32,000 nucleotides of DNA from an uncultured Chloroflexia bacterium (GTDB lineage Bacteria; Chloroflexota; Anaerolineae; Anaerolineales; Anaerolineaceae): contig OY969938.1 of the NCBI GenBank assembly GCA_963704755.1, positions 1,800,001 through 1,832,000 of the forward strand, written 5' to 3'. Below are positions 14,737 to 21,472 of the stretch, piece after piece. Numbering within the stretch: position 1 is the first letter of the stretch; the number at the start of each line of letters is the position of its first letter. Below the pieces are notes generated by a model. It did no database searches. It saw only the letters and a program-made list of their open reading frames with translations, and was not told the DNA's origin. Position numbers and translations under genes: made by a program.

Positions 14737-14850
14737 CGATATTCAACCGAATGCCGGCGGGGTTGAGCCCCACGCAGGTGGGGCTTCGTGTATTTGTTGC
14801 CGCGACCTCGGTCGCCGCCACAGGCGGTTAGCTTATAGCTTTTAGCTTTC
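14737..14850 (+). repeat. B-element copy 2
   Basis: Contains hairpin AGCCCCAC-gcag-GTGGGGCT (14766-14785) followed by a T-rich tract, and hairpin GCGAC-ctcg-GTCGC (14802-14815). Confidence 0.85.
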
Positions 14851-15035
14851 GTAGGTTGGGTTGCGGGCTTTTTCCTGGCATGGGTTCTTTCGCCGAAGCG
14901 TTTATCGCATAAGGCATGGCCTGTAACCCAACACCGGCAATCCCCAAGCACAACGTTGGGTTACGGGCAGAGCCTGAAATGGCACACAATCCAACAAATT
15001 GCCGGCGTTCTGAACGAGCCCGCAACCCAACCTAC
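14851..15035 (+). repeat. A-element copy 4
   Basis: GTAGGTTGGGTTGCGGGC... to ...GAGCCCGCAACCCAACCTAC. Followed by AGGC, then directly by the duplicated HlyD 3-prime segment. Confidence 0.85.
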
Positions 15036-15038
15036 AGG

Positions 15039-15195
15039 CTACATCGCCAACGAAGCCGAATACACCCCGCGCAATGTGCAAACCGTCGCCAGCCGCAGCA
15101 CCACCGTCTACCGGGTGGAAATCAGCCTGCCCAATTCGGATTTGAGCCTCAAACCGGGTATGCCCGCCGACGCAACGTTTAGCATCGGCCAGTAA
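15039..15195 (+). pseudogene. Duplicated 3-prime fragment (last 52 codons plus stop) of the HlyD-family gene
   Basis: 15039-15195 equals 13899-14055 with three substitutions (15102, 15159, 15165), all at third codon positions and synonymous. There is no upstream HlyD sequence. The 79-aa ORF 14956-15195 merely reads in from the repeat. Confidence 0.8.
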
Positions 15196-15226
15196 AGCTG
15201 CGGTTAGCGGATAGCGGTTAGCTTTC

Positions 15227-15412
15227 GTAGGTTGGGTTGCGGGCTCATTCATGGCATGGGTTCATTCGCCGAAGCGTTTATCGCATAAGGCATTGCCCGC
15301 AACCCAACACCGGCAATACCCAAGCACAATGTTGGGTTACGGGCAGAGCCCGAAATGGCACACAATCCAACAAAATTGCCGGCGTTCCAAATGAGCCCGC
15401 AACCCAACCTAC
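15227..15412 (+). repeat. A-element copy 5 (duplicate of copy 1)
   Basis: Identical to 14087-14272 except one base (15275 C versus 14135 T). Confidence 0.9.
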
Positions 15413-15416
15413 AGGC

Positions 15417-15523
15417 CGATATTCAACCGAATGCCGGCAGGGTTGAGCCCCACGCAGGTGGGGCTTCGTGTATTTGTTGCCGCGACCTCGGTCGCCGCCA
15501 CAGGCGGTTAGCTTATAGCTTTC
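15417..15523 (+). repeat. B-element copy 3
   Basis: Near-identical to B copies 1 and 2. Confidence 0.85.
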
Positions 15524-15708
15524 GTAGGTTGGGTTGCGGGCTCATTCATAGCATGGGTTCATTCGCCGAAGCGTTTATCGCATAAGGCATTGCCCGCAAC
15601 CCAACACCGGCAATACCCAAGCACAATGTTGGGTTACGGGCAGAGCCTGAAATGGCACACAATCCAACAAATTGCCGGCGTTCCAAATGAGCCCGCAACC
15701 CAACCTAC
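15524..15708 (+). repeat. A-element copy 6
   Basis: Full-length copy with both 22-bp terminal inverted repeats, followed by AGGC. Ends 20 nt before the stop of the convergent VOC gene. Confidence 0.9.
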
Positions 15709-15728
15709 AGGCTCCACTCACCCACCAA

Positions 15729-16124
15729 TTACCCGTTAAGCTGGTATATCTGAATCAGGTTACCGCAGGTATCATCCAGGATGGCGGCTGTGGTGATGCC
15801 CATGTTGGTGGGCTCCATGCTGAATTCCACGCCCAGCTTTTTAAGCCGTTCGTATTCCGCCTGGACGTCATCCACCAGAAAAGCGGTGTAAGGAATCCCG
15901 TCCCGGACCAGGTCTTCCTTGAGGGCCTTCATAGCCGGGTAGCCGGCGTTAGGCTCCAGGAGCAGCTCGGTACCATCCGGGGCTTCGGGCGAGACGACCG
16001 TGATCCAACGGGCGCCCTGCCCCAGGGGAATATCCCGTTTCTTGATAAAACCCAATATTTCGGTATAAAAATTCAATGCTTTGTCGTAGTCATCGATGGG
16101 GATACTGGCAAGAGAAATCTTCAT
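15729..16124 (-). CDS. VOC (glyoxalase/bleomycin-resistance/dioxygenase) family protein
   Basis: 131-aa ORF with a typical small VOC pattern: D..KALNFYTEILGF at the N-terminus, and the second half EYERLKKLGVEF...P......AILDD.CGNLIQIYQ. Confidence 0.8.
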   Translation of the reverse strand: MKISLASIPIDDYDKALNFYTEILGFIKKRDIPLGQGARWITVVSPEAPDGTELLLEPNAGYPAMKALKEDLVRDGIPYTAFLVDDVQAEYERLKKLGVEFSMEPTNMGITTAAILDDTCGNLIQIYQLNG

Positions 16125-16210
16125 CGGTTTTTTCCTTTCAACAGCATTCGGTTAGCGCTACGGCAATCGAGTTGAGGCTATCTGCCAACATACGTTTATT
16201 ATAGTGGCGC

Positions 16211-16239
16211 TTTACAAGTGGCACCAGCGTGCGTACAAT
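16211..16239 (+). promoter_or_regulatory. Candidate sigma-70-type promoter for the NTPase gene
   Basis: TTTACA (16211-16216), a 17-nt spacer, then TACAAT (16234-16239). About 50 nt upstream of the ATG at 16288. Confidence 0.4.
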
Positions 16240-16287
16240 CAAGAGTGAATCAATCCGGATTCGAATTCGCACAACGGATACGGGAAC

Positions 16288-18393
16288 ATGCCGTCGAGAG
16301 TGGCTGATCGTATCACGCAGGCGCGGCAGCGCCTCTTTGTAGGAAGAAACAGCGAGCAGGGCCTTTTTTTGTCTGCGCTGGGGGCTGATGAATTGCCCTT
16401 TCAGGTTTTACACATTTTTGGACCAGGGGGTATTGGCAAAACCACGCTCCTGCACGAGTATGCCCGCATCGCCAGAGAACACACATTACGGGTGGCCGCG
16501 GTAGACGGCAGAAACATCGAGCCGGTGCCCGAAAATTTTCTGAATGCCCTGCGAGCTGCCCTGGGGCTCGCCGCAGGTGCATCCGCGCTGCAATACCTCG
16601 CGGAAAACCTCCAACGCCAGGTCATCCTGATCGACACTTACGAATTGCTGGCGCCGCTCGACGCCTGGTTGTACGAGTCATTCTTCCTTGAACTGCCCGA
16701 TAACACTTTGATTGTACTCGCCAGCCGCAACCCGCCTTCCAATACGGCCCGCGCGGATGCCGGCTGGCAGACCCTGATCCGTTCGGTCTCTTTGCGCAAC
16801 CTCAACCCGCAGGAGAGCCGCAAGTTTCTATCCAACCGCCACGTGCCGGCCAACCAACACCAGGCCGTCCTGAATTTTACCCACGGGCAGCCCCTGGCCC
16901 TCTCGCTGGTGGCCGACATGTTCGCCCAGCGCCAGGACTGGAACTTTCAAGCGCAGGCGGCACCCGACGTGGTCAAGATACTGCTGGAAAGGTTCGTACA
17001 AAAGGTCCCCGGCCCGGCCCACCGCGCCGCGCTGGAAGCCTGCGCGCTTGTACGGGTGACCACCAAATCGCTGTTGGCCGAAATGCTCAAATTGCCCGAC
17101 CCCGCTGGCGATACCGCCCAGGGTGCCCACGAGCTGTTCGAATGGCTGCGCGGGCTGTCCTTCATCGAGGCGGGTGAGCAGGGTATTTATCCTCACGACC
17201 TGGCGCGCGAAGCCCTGGTCGCCGACCTGCACTGGCGCAACCCGGATTGGTACAAAGAGCTGCACAACCGGGCGCGCATCTATTACGTTGCCCATCTGCA
17301 ATCCAGCTCATTGCAAGATCAGCAGCGCATCCTTTTCGATTACATATTTCTCCATCGCGATAACCCGATCATGCGCGCGATGTTCGAATGGCAGGCCAGC
17401 GGGATCTGGGCGGATGGGCTGCGGGCCGGCGAACGGGACATCCTGCTCGAGATGATCGCCGCCCACGAAGGCGCCTCGTCGGCGCAACTGGCCGCCCACT
17501 GGCTCGACCGGCAGCCAGAGGGTGTCAGCGTCTATCGCGACGAACGCGGCAATGTGATCGGCATCTTCTTCATCGTCGAGCTGCAGCGCGCCACCCCGGC
17601 CGAGATCGAAGCCGACCCGGCTACCCGGGCGGCCTGGAATTACCTGAAACAACGCGCCCCATTGCGCCCGGGCGAGGTGGCGGCCCATTATCGTTTTTGG
17701 ATGGCGCGCGATAGCTATCAAGCCGTATCGGCCGTGCAAACTCAAATCTTCTTGAGCACCGTGCGCTACCAGATCGCCACAGCCGGGCTGGCCTTTCATT
17801 TCCTGCCCTGCGCCGACCCGGATTTCTGGTCGGCCGCGTTGACCTACGGTGATTTAACCCGCCTGCCGGAAACAGATTACAGCATCGGCGAGAGGACATA
17901 CGGCGTGTTCGCCCACGACTGGCGCTCCCGCCCACCCCTGGCCTGGCTGGCCCTGCTGGCCGAGCGAGAGGTCGGCGAAACACCCTCCACCGCAAACGCC
18001 GAACCGCTGATCGTTTTGAGTCGCAACGAATTTGACGCGGCGGTTCGCGATGCGTTGCTGCACTTTATGCAAAATGATCTGCTTGCCAATAACCCCCTGC
18101 TCCGCTCGCGCCTGGTGATGGACCGCGTGAGTGCGCCGGGGAGCCAAAGTGAACGGGTGGATGCGCTGAAGCAAGCCCTCCGGGAAGTGGTCGAATCGCT
18201 GAACAAAATCCCGCGGGACGCCAAACTATACCGCGCGCTGTATTATTTCTATTTGCATCCTGCCGGTTCGCAGGAACAGGCCTCCGAAGCGGCCGACGTG
18301 CCCTTCAGCACTTTCCGCCGGCATCTCAAGGCCGGGCTGACCCGGGTGGTCACTGGGCTCTGGCAAAAGGAGATCGGCGCGGGCGGGCAATAA
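16288..18393 (+). CDS. Large P-loop NTPase (AAA/STAND-like) with an unassigned central region and a C-terminal helix-turn-helix
   Basis: 701-aa ORF. Walker A GPGGIGKTTLL, Walker B-like VILIDTYE. The C-terminal ~70 aa (LYRALYYFYLHP..SQEQASEAADVPFSTFRRHLKAGLTRV) resemble a sigma-70 region-4/LuxR-type HTH. I cannot assign the middle ~350 aa. Confidence 0.7.
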   Translation: MPSRVADRITQARQRLFVGRNSEQGLFLSALGADELPFQVLHIFGPGGIGKTTLLHEYARIAREHTLRVAAVDGRNIEPVPENFLNALRAALGLAAGASALQYLAENLQRQVILIDTYELLAPLDAWLYESFFLELPDNTLIVLASRNPPSNTARADAGWQTLIRSVSLRNLNPQESRKFLSNRHVPANQHQAVLNFTHGQPLALSLVADMFAQRQDWNFQAQAAPDVVKILLERFVQKVPGPAHRAALEACALVRVTTKSLLAEMLKLPDPAGDTAQGAHELFEWLRGLSFIEAGEQGIYPHDLAREALVADLHWRNPDWYKELHNRARIYYVAHLQSSSLQDQQRILFDYIFLHRDNPIMRAMFEWQASGIWADGLRAGERDILLEMIAAHEGASSAQLAAHWLDRQPEGVSVYRDERGNVIGIFFIVELQRATPAEIEADPATRAAWNYLKQRAPLRPGEVAAHYRFWMARDSYQAVSAVQTQIFLSTVRYQIATAGLAFHFLPCADPDFWSAALTYGDLTRLPETDYSIGERTYGVFAHDWRSRPPLAWLALLAEREVGETPSTANAEPLIVLSRNEFDAAVRDALLHFMQNDLLANNPLLRSRLVMDRVSAPGSQSERVDALKQALREVVESLNKIPRDAKLYRALYYFYLHPAGSQEQASEAADVPFSTFRRHLKAGLTRVVTGLWQKEIGAGGQ

Positions 18394-18446
18394 AATGAGC
18401 AAAAAGTGAGCGCTTTTTGGTCTGGTGCTCACTTCCCCAATTTGCT

Positions 18447-18482
18447 AAACTGCGATTGTCGAATAGGACAACCGCAGTTTTT
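18447..18482 (+). terminator. Probable intrinsic terminator after the NTPase gene
   Basis: AAACTGCG...CGCAGTTT outer stem with inner TTGTC/GACAA, running into TTTTT (18478-18482). Confidence 0.5.
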
Positions 18483-18565
18483 ACTGTTCAGCCAAACAGG
18501 TAAGAACCCCGAATTTTATGTAAAGGCCTGAGCAATTACCCGCAGGTTTATTTTTGGAGAGGTTC

Positions 18566-18994
18566 ATGGTCAATAGCCCCATTAAGACACTCACCGAATG
18601 GTCACGAGATTGGCTGGCTGCCTGGAATGCGCACAATGTCGAGCAGGTCGTTTCGTATTGTGCGCCGGTTTACGAGGGCAACGATGTCGCTCAGGCCAGT
18701 TCACATCACGGCCCGGATGGGATGCGGCAGTACACCCAGTCCTATTTTCAGGCTTTTCCCGACCTCGAGCTGGTTGAGGAAGATACGCTGGAACAGGGCA
18801 ACCGCTTGGCGCTGTCCTGGCTGTCACGCGGGACACATCAAGGAATCCTGATGAATATTCCGCCAACCGGCTGCCCGACCAGCGTGCGGGGAGTTTCTAT
18901 CTTGACCATCGAGGGTGGCTTGCTGCTGCGGGCCCTGTACCTGTGGGACGTCGCCGGACTGCTGCGCGAGATTGGGCTGCTGCCCGATTTATAG
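18566..18994 (+). CDS. SnoaL-like / ester cyclase (NTF2-fold) protein
   Basis: WLAAWNAHNVEQVVSYCAPVYEGND...FQAFPDLELVEED......LALSWLSRGTHQG......PPTG......GVSILTIEGG is the typical ester-cyclase pattern. ATG at 18566 follows GGAGAGG; the ORF-track start TTG at 18554 is less likely. Confidence 0.8.
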   Translation: MVNSPIKTLTEWSRDWLAAWNAHNVEQVVSYCAPVYEGNDVAQASSHHGPDGMRQYTQSYFQAFPDLELVEEDTLEQGNRLALSWLSRGTHQGILMNIPPTGCPTSVRGVSILTIEGGLLLRALYLWDVAGLLREIGLLPDL

Positions 18995-19149
18995 GCCGGG
19001 CGGGCTTTAAGGGAAAGGAGGCGGTTTTTCCGGAGATTTAAACAGACTATCCAACGATTTTCCAGGCCTTATTCAATTCGCCAAAGGATAAGGGAGTTTA
19101 CAGGCAATCGATTTGAGAAACTGAAACTATTTCCAGGAGGTTTTGATTG

Positions 19150-19593
19150 ATGAGTAACATTGATTTGGTTAAATCCACACTTGCAGCCTTTGAGGCCGGC
19201 GATTCGGCCAAAGCAGCCAGTTTTCTGGCAGACGAAATGGTCTTTTCCGGACCGGTTCCCCAGCCTATCGGCAAGAATGAATATGTTGGCTTACAAGGCG
19301 CGCTGATCGCCGCCATGCCGGATTGGAAATTCAACCTGAGCGACCTGCAGGAAGAAGGCGATCGGGTCACGGCTAAAATACGTATCAGCGGCACCCACAC
19401 CCGGCCCCTTTCGCTCCCGGTCATGGGAATCCAGTCCTTGCCGCCCACGGGCAAGCACGTCCAGATGCCCTACGAGCCCATTACCGTCACCATCCAGAAC
19501 GGCAAGGCGACCCTCATCGAGGCCGAATCCGTCCCCGGCGGGGGTGTGCCCGGGCTGCTGGCCCAATTGGGTGTGGCCGTACCTCATTCATAG
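19150..19593 (+). CDS. SnoaL-like / ester cyclase (NTF2-fold) protein, second copy
   Basis: AAFEAGDSAKAASFLADEMVFSGP...AMPDWKFNLSDLQEEGDRVTAKIRISGTHT...LPPTGK. ATG at 19150 lies 10 nt after CAGGAGG. Confidence 0.75.
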   Translation: MSNIDLVKSTLAAFEAGDSAKAASFLADEMVFSGPVPQPIGKNEYVGLQGALIAAMPDWKFNLSDLQEEGDRVTAKIRISGTHTRPLSLPVMGIQSLPPTGKHVQMPYEPITVTIQNGKATLIEAESVPGGGVPGLLAQLGVAVPHS

Positions 19594-19634
19594 CGCCCGG
19601 CCGCCAGATCCTGCGCCTGGGATAAAGGGAACGT

Positions 19635-19656
19635 CCGGGGGATCTCGGTCCCCCGG
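19635..19656 (+). terminator. GC-rich hairpin after the second SnoaL-like gene (weak terminator candidate)
   Basis: CCGGGGGA-tctcgg-TCCCCCGG followed by GCTTTCC. The T-tract is short. Confidence 0.3.
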
Positions 19657-19709
19657 GCTTTCCTGGCAGTGGCTGAATATTAGCCTATGCGCAAACTTTG
19701 GAGGAAGAT

Positions 19710-20306
19710 ATGCAAGCAAAACCTTATGCTCGTTTTTCGGGGTACAGTGCCATCCTTGCCGGGATCCTCGTATTCATTTACTCCATCGCCTTCGTCCTGC
19801 TGCAAAATCAACTGCTTTATTCGCTGGCCCAACTATTCGGGGGAGTGCTGGCCTTGTTCGTGGCCATCGCCCTTTATGACCGGCTAAAGGAAACCGGTGA
19901 GGCCTTTGCCCTGGCTGCCCTGGTGTTGAGCGTCATTGGCGCGGCCGGTTCGGCCCTGCATGGCGGCTACGACCTGGCCAATGCCATTAATCCGCCGGCT
20001 GCCAGCGCCGCAGCCCTGGCGTCCCTGCCCAGTCCCATCGACCCGCGCGGGCTGCTCACCTTTGGCATGGCCGGGTTAGGGCTGTACCTTTTCGCCCGGC
20101 TGATGACCCAGGGAAATAAGTTTCCCAAATCGCTTGGCACGCTTGCTTACATTCTGGCGCTTTTACTGCTGCTCACCTACCTGGCCCAACTCATCATCCT
20201 GGCTGCGACCAGCCCGCTGGTGTTGGTCCCGGCCGCGCTGACCGGCTTTATCGCCAACCCGGTTTTCAACATCTGGCTTGGCAGCACCCTACTGAAATCG
20301 AAATAG
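19710..20306 (+). CDS. Integral membrane protein of unknown function
   Basis: Multiple long hydrophobic segments (ILAGILVFIYSIAFVLL, LAQLFGGVLALFVAIALY, ALAALVLSVIGAAG, and others). ATG at 19710 follows GGAGGA; the ORF-track start TTG at 19698 is less likely. Confidence 0.6.
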   Translation: MQAKPYARFSGYSAILAGILVFIYSIAFVLLQNQLLYSLAQLFGGVLALFVAIALYDRLKETGEAFALAALVLSVIGAAGSALHGGYDLANAINPPAASAAALASLPSPIDPRGLLTFGMAGLGLYLFARLMTQGNKFPKSLGTLAYILALLLLLTYLAQLIILAATSPLVLVPAALTGFIANPVFNIWLGSTLLKSK

Positions 20307-20349
20307 TCGCCCTTGACAATGATGACCTTTAAATAGAGGAAATTTATCC

Positions 20350-20643
20350 ATGAATAGCCATACCTTGCAATTATTCGCCGGCTTTGCATCCAGCGCCATT
20401 TTTATCGTCAGCAATTTCCCCATGATCATCAAAGCGATCAAAACCAAGGACCTCAGTTCCTACAGCCTCGGCCATCTAACCCTGGGCACCCTGGGGAACG
20501 CCGTGTACTGGCTTTACGTAATCAGCCTGCCGCTCGGGCCGGTCTGGTTCCTGCAGGCCTTCTTTTCAACCGCCAGCGCATTGATGCTGTTCTTCTATTT
20601 GCGCTACGAGAAGCGGACTACTAAGCGCAGGCCGGCCTCGTGA
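20350..20643 (+). CDS. PQ-loop / SemiSWEET-like three-helix membrane protein
   Basis: 97 aa with three hydrophobic helices. FPMIIKAIKTKDLSSYSL matches the bacterial SemiSWEET PQ-loop pattern (PQ.IK..KT+S...+SL as I recall it), with Q replaced by M. Confidence 0.6.
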   Translation: MNSHTLQLFAGFASSAIFIVSNFPMIIKAIKTKDLSSYSLGHLTLGTLGNAVYWLYVISLPLGPVWFLQAFFSTASALMLFFYLRYEKRTTKRRPAS

Positions 20644-20713
20644 TCCGGTCTGGTTCTCCGCTTGAAGTGAATTCAGACAGCATGGGTATCTCCCGTAGAT
20701 AGATTTATATGTT

Positions 20714-20778
20714 AGACGAGGGTGTTATTTGCTTTTTTGTGGACGAAGCACAAAAAAAAACAAATAACACCTTCGTCT
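20714..20778. repeat. Long imperfect palindrome H2 (same family as H1 and H3)
   Basis: AGACGAGGGTGTTATTTG (20714-20731) pairs with CAAATAACACCTTCGTCT (20761-20778) with one G-T pair. An internal loop follows, then a 9-bp inner stem TTTTTTGTG/CACAAAAAA and a 7-nt loop. Confidence 0.75.
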
Positions 20779-20844
20779 TCTAAACCTGCCTGAGCAATAA
20801 CTTAACCAGTATAATGACCTGGAAATCCTTCTTTCGAGACCGCG

Positions 20845-21336
20845 ATGCCAGACGCTTCAACCTTCCCCCAACCCGATCTTTCCACCTGGATCCGCGTGAC
20901 CGGGCGTATCGTCCCCGGGCACAAGATTGCTTCGGGCCAGGCGCTCAATGGGCCTTACCCGGCCGGCTCACTGGCCATGCAGAAGCCGTTCTTCCACCGG
21001 TTGGGCCTGGACCTGGACGGCTTTTACGAAGGCACCTTGAATATTTCGATCGCGCCGCTGGTGTTTGCCCTGGCCCACCCGCGCTTTACTTTCCCGCTGG
21101 TGGCCTGGACAACCCTGCACCCGCCGGAGACGTTTTCTTTCTCGCCTTGCGCCGTCCGCTTTGGGGGACAAACCTATGCGGGTTGGGTATATTACCCTCA
21201 CCCGGAAACCAAGAAGGCTCACTTTCAAGATCCTGCAATGATCGAGATCATCAGCGCATTTATCAGCGGCATTCAAGAGGGCGACACCATTGAGGTTTTT
21301 CTCGATCCGCGCGAAATCGATCTTAGCAAAAAATAA
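20845..21336 (+). CDS. DUF120-like protein (resembles archaeal CTP-dependent riboflavin kinase fold)
   Basis: 163-aa ORF. G.IV.G....ASG, then FYEGTLNISI (compare the YEGTLNLKL core of M. jannaschii RibK as I recall it), and a C-terminal IEIIS....I.EGDTIEV. A TATAAT at 20810-20815 fits this start. The overlapping ORF 20814-21293 has an Arg/Pro/Gly-rich, non-protein-like composition. Confidence 0.5.
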   Translation: MPDASTFPQPDLSTWIRVTGRIVPGHKIASGQALNGPYPAGSLAMQKPFFHRLGLDLDGFYEGTLNISIAPLVFALAHPRFTFPLVAWTTLHPPETFSFSPCAVRFGGQTYAGWVYYPHPETKKAHFQDPAMIEIISAFISGIQEGDTIEVFLDPREIDLSKK

Positions 21337-21363
21337 TTTAACTCTTAAACTGCCGTAAAAAAG

Positions 21364-21418
21364 GGGTGTTTTTACAGTTGTTCGCGTGCTTCGCACGCGA
21401 ACAACTGTAAAAACACCC
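21364..21418. repeat. Perfect 26-bp-stem palindrome H3 (GGGTGTTTTTA...TAAAAACACCC)
   Basis: 21364-21389 pairs perfectly with 21393-21418 around a 3-nt loop TTC. The first and last 11 nt are identical to those of H1. Confidence 0.85.
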
Positions 21419-21426
21419 TTAACCGT

Positions 21427-21472
21427 CCAGGTGGGTCTTTCCCCCCTTTTTTTGCGGGAAATACCCACCTGG
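21427..21472. other. Second hairpin immediately downstream of H3
   Basis: CCAGGTGGGT (21427-21436) is the exact reverse complement of ACCCACCTGG (21463-21472). Inner pair TTTCCC/GGGAAA flanks a C/T-rich loop. Confidence 0.6.

Noticed and set aside
13899-15195. Diversity-generating retroelement (TR/VR pair) hypothesis for the duplicated gene 3-prime end.
   Set aside because: The differences are not adenine-specific (A/C, C/T, T/C) and all are synonymous. The duplication extends far beyond the gene into the repeat. No reverse transcriptase or accessory gene is nearby.
14097-15585. Multiple 65-116 aa ORFs on both strands inside the repeat array, including 14956-15195, which fuses repeat sequence to the HlyD C-terminus.
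   Set aside because: They are open only because the repeat lacks stops. The same peptides recur on both strands, and there are no RBS or protein-like features. 14956-15195 is treated as a pseudogene fragment read-in.
14056-15728. CRISPR array hypothesis for the regular repeats.
   Set aside because: The units are 185 bp and ~110 bp, not 24-48 bp. The intervening sequences are themselves repeated and not unique spacers. No cas genes are present in the window.
20814-21293. 159-aa ORF in an alternative frame overlapping the DUF120-like gene.
   Set aside because: Its composition is Arg/Pro/Gly-rich and non-protein-like. Its ATG lies inside the predicted TATAAT -10 element. The overlapping frame 20845-21336 has recognisable family motifs.
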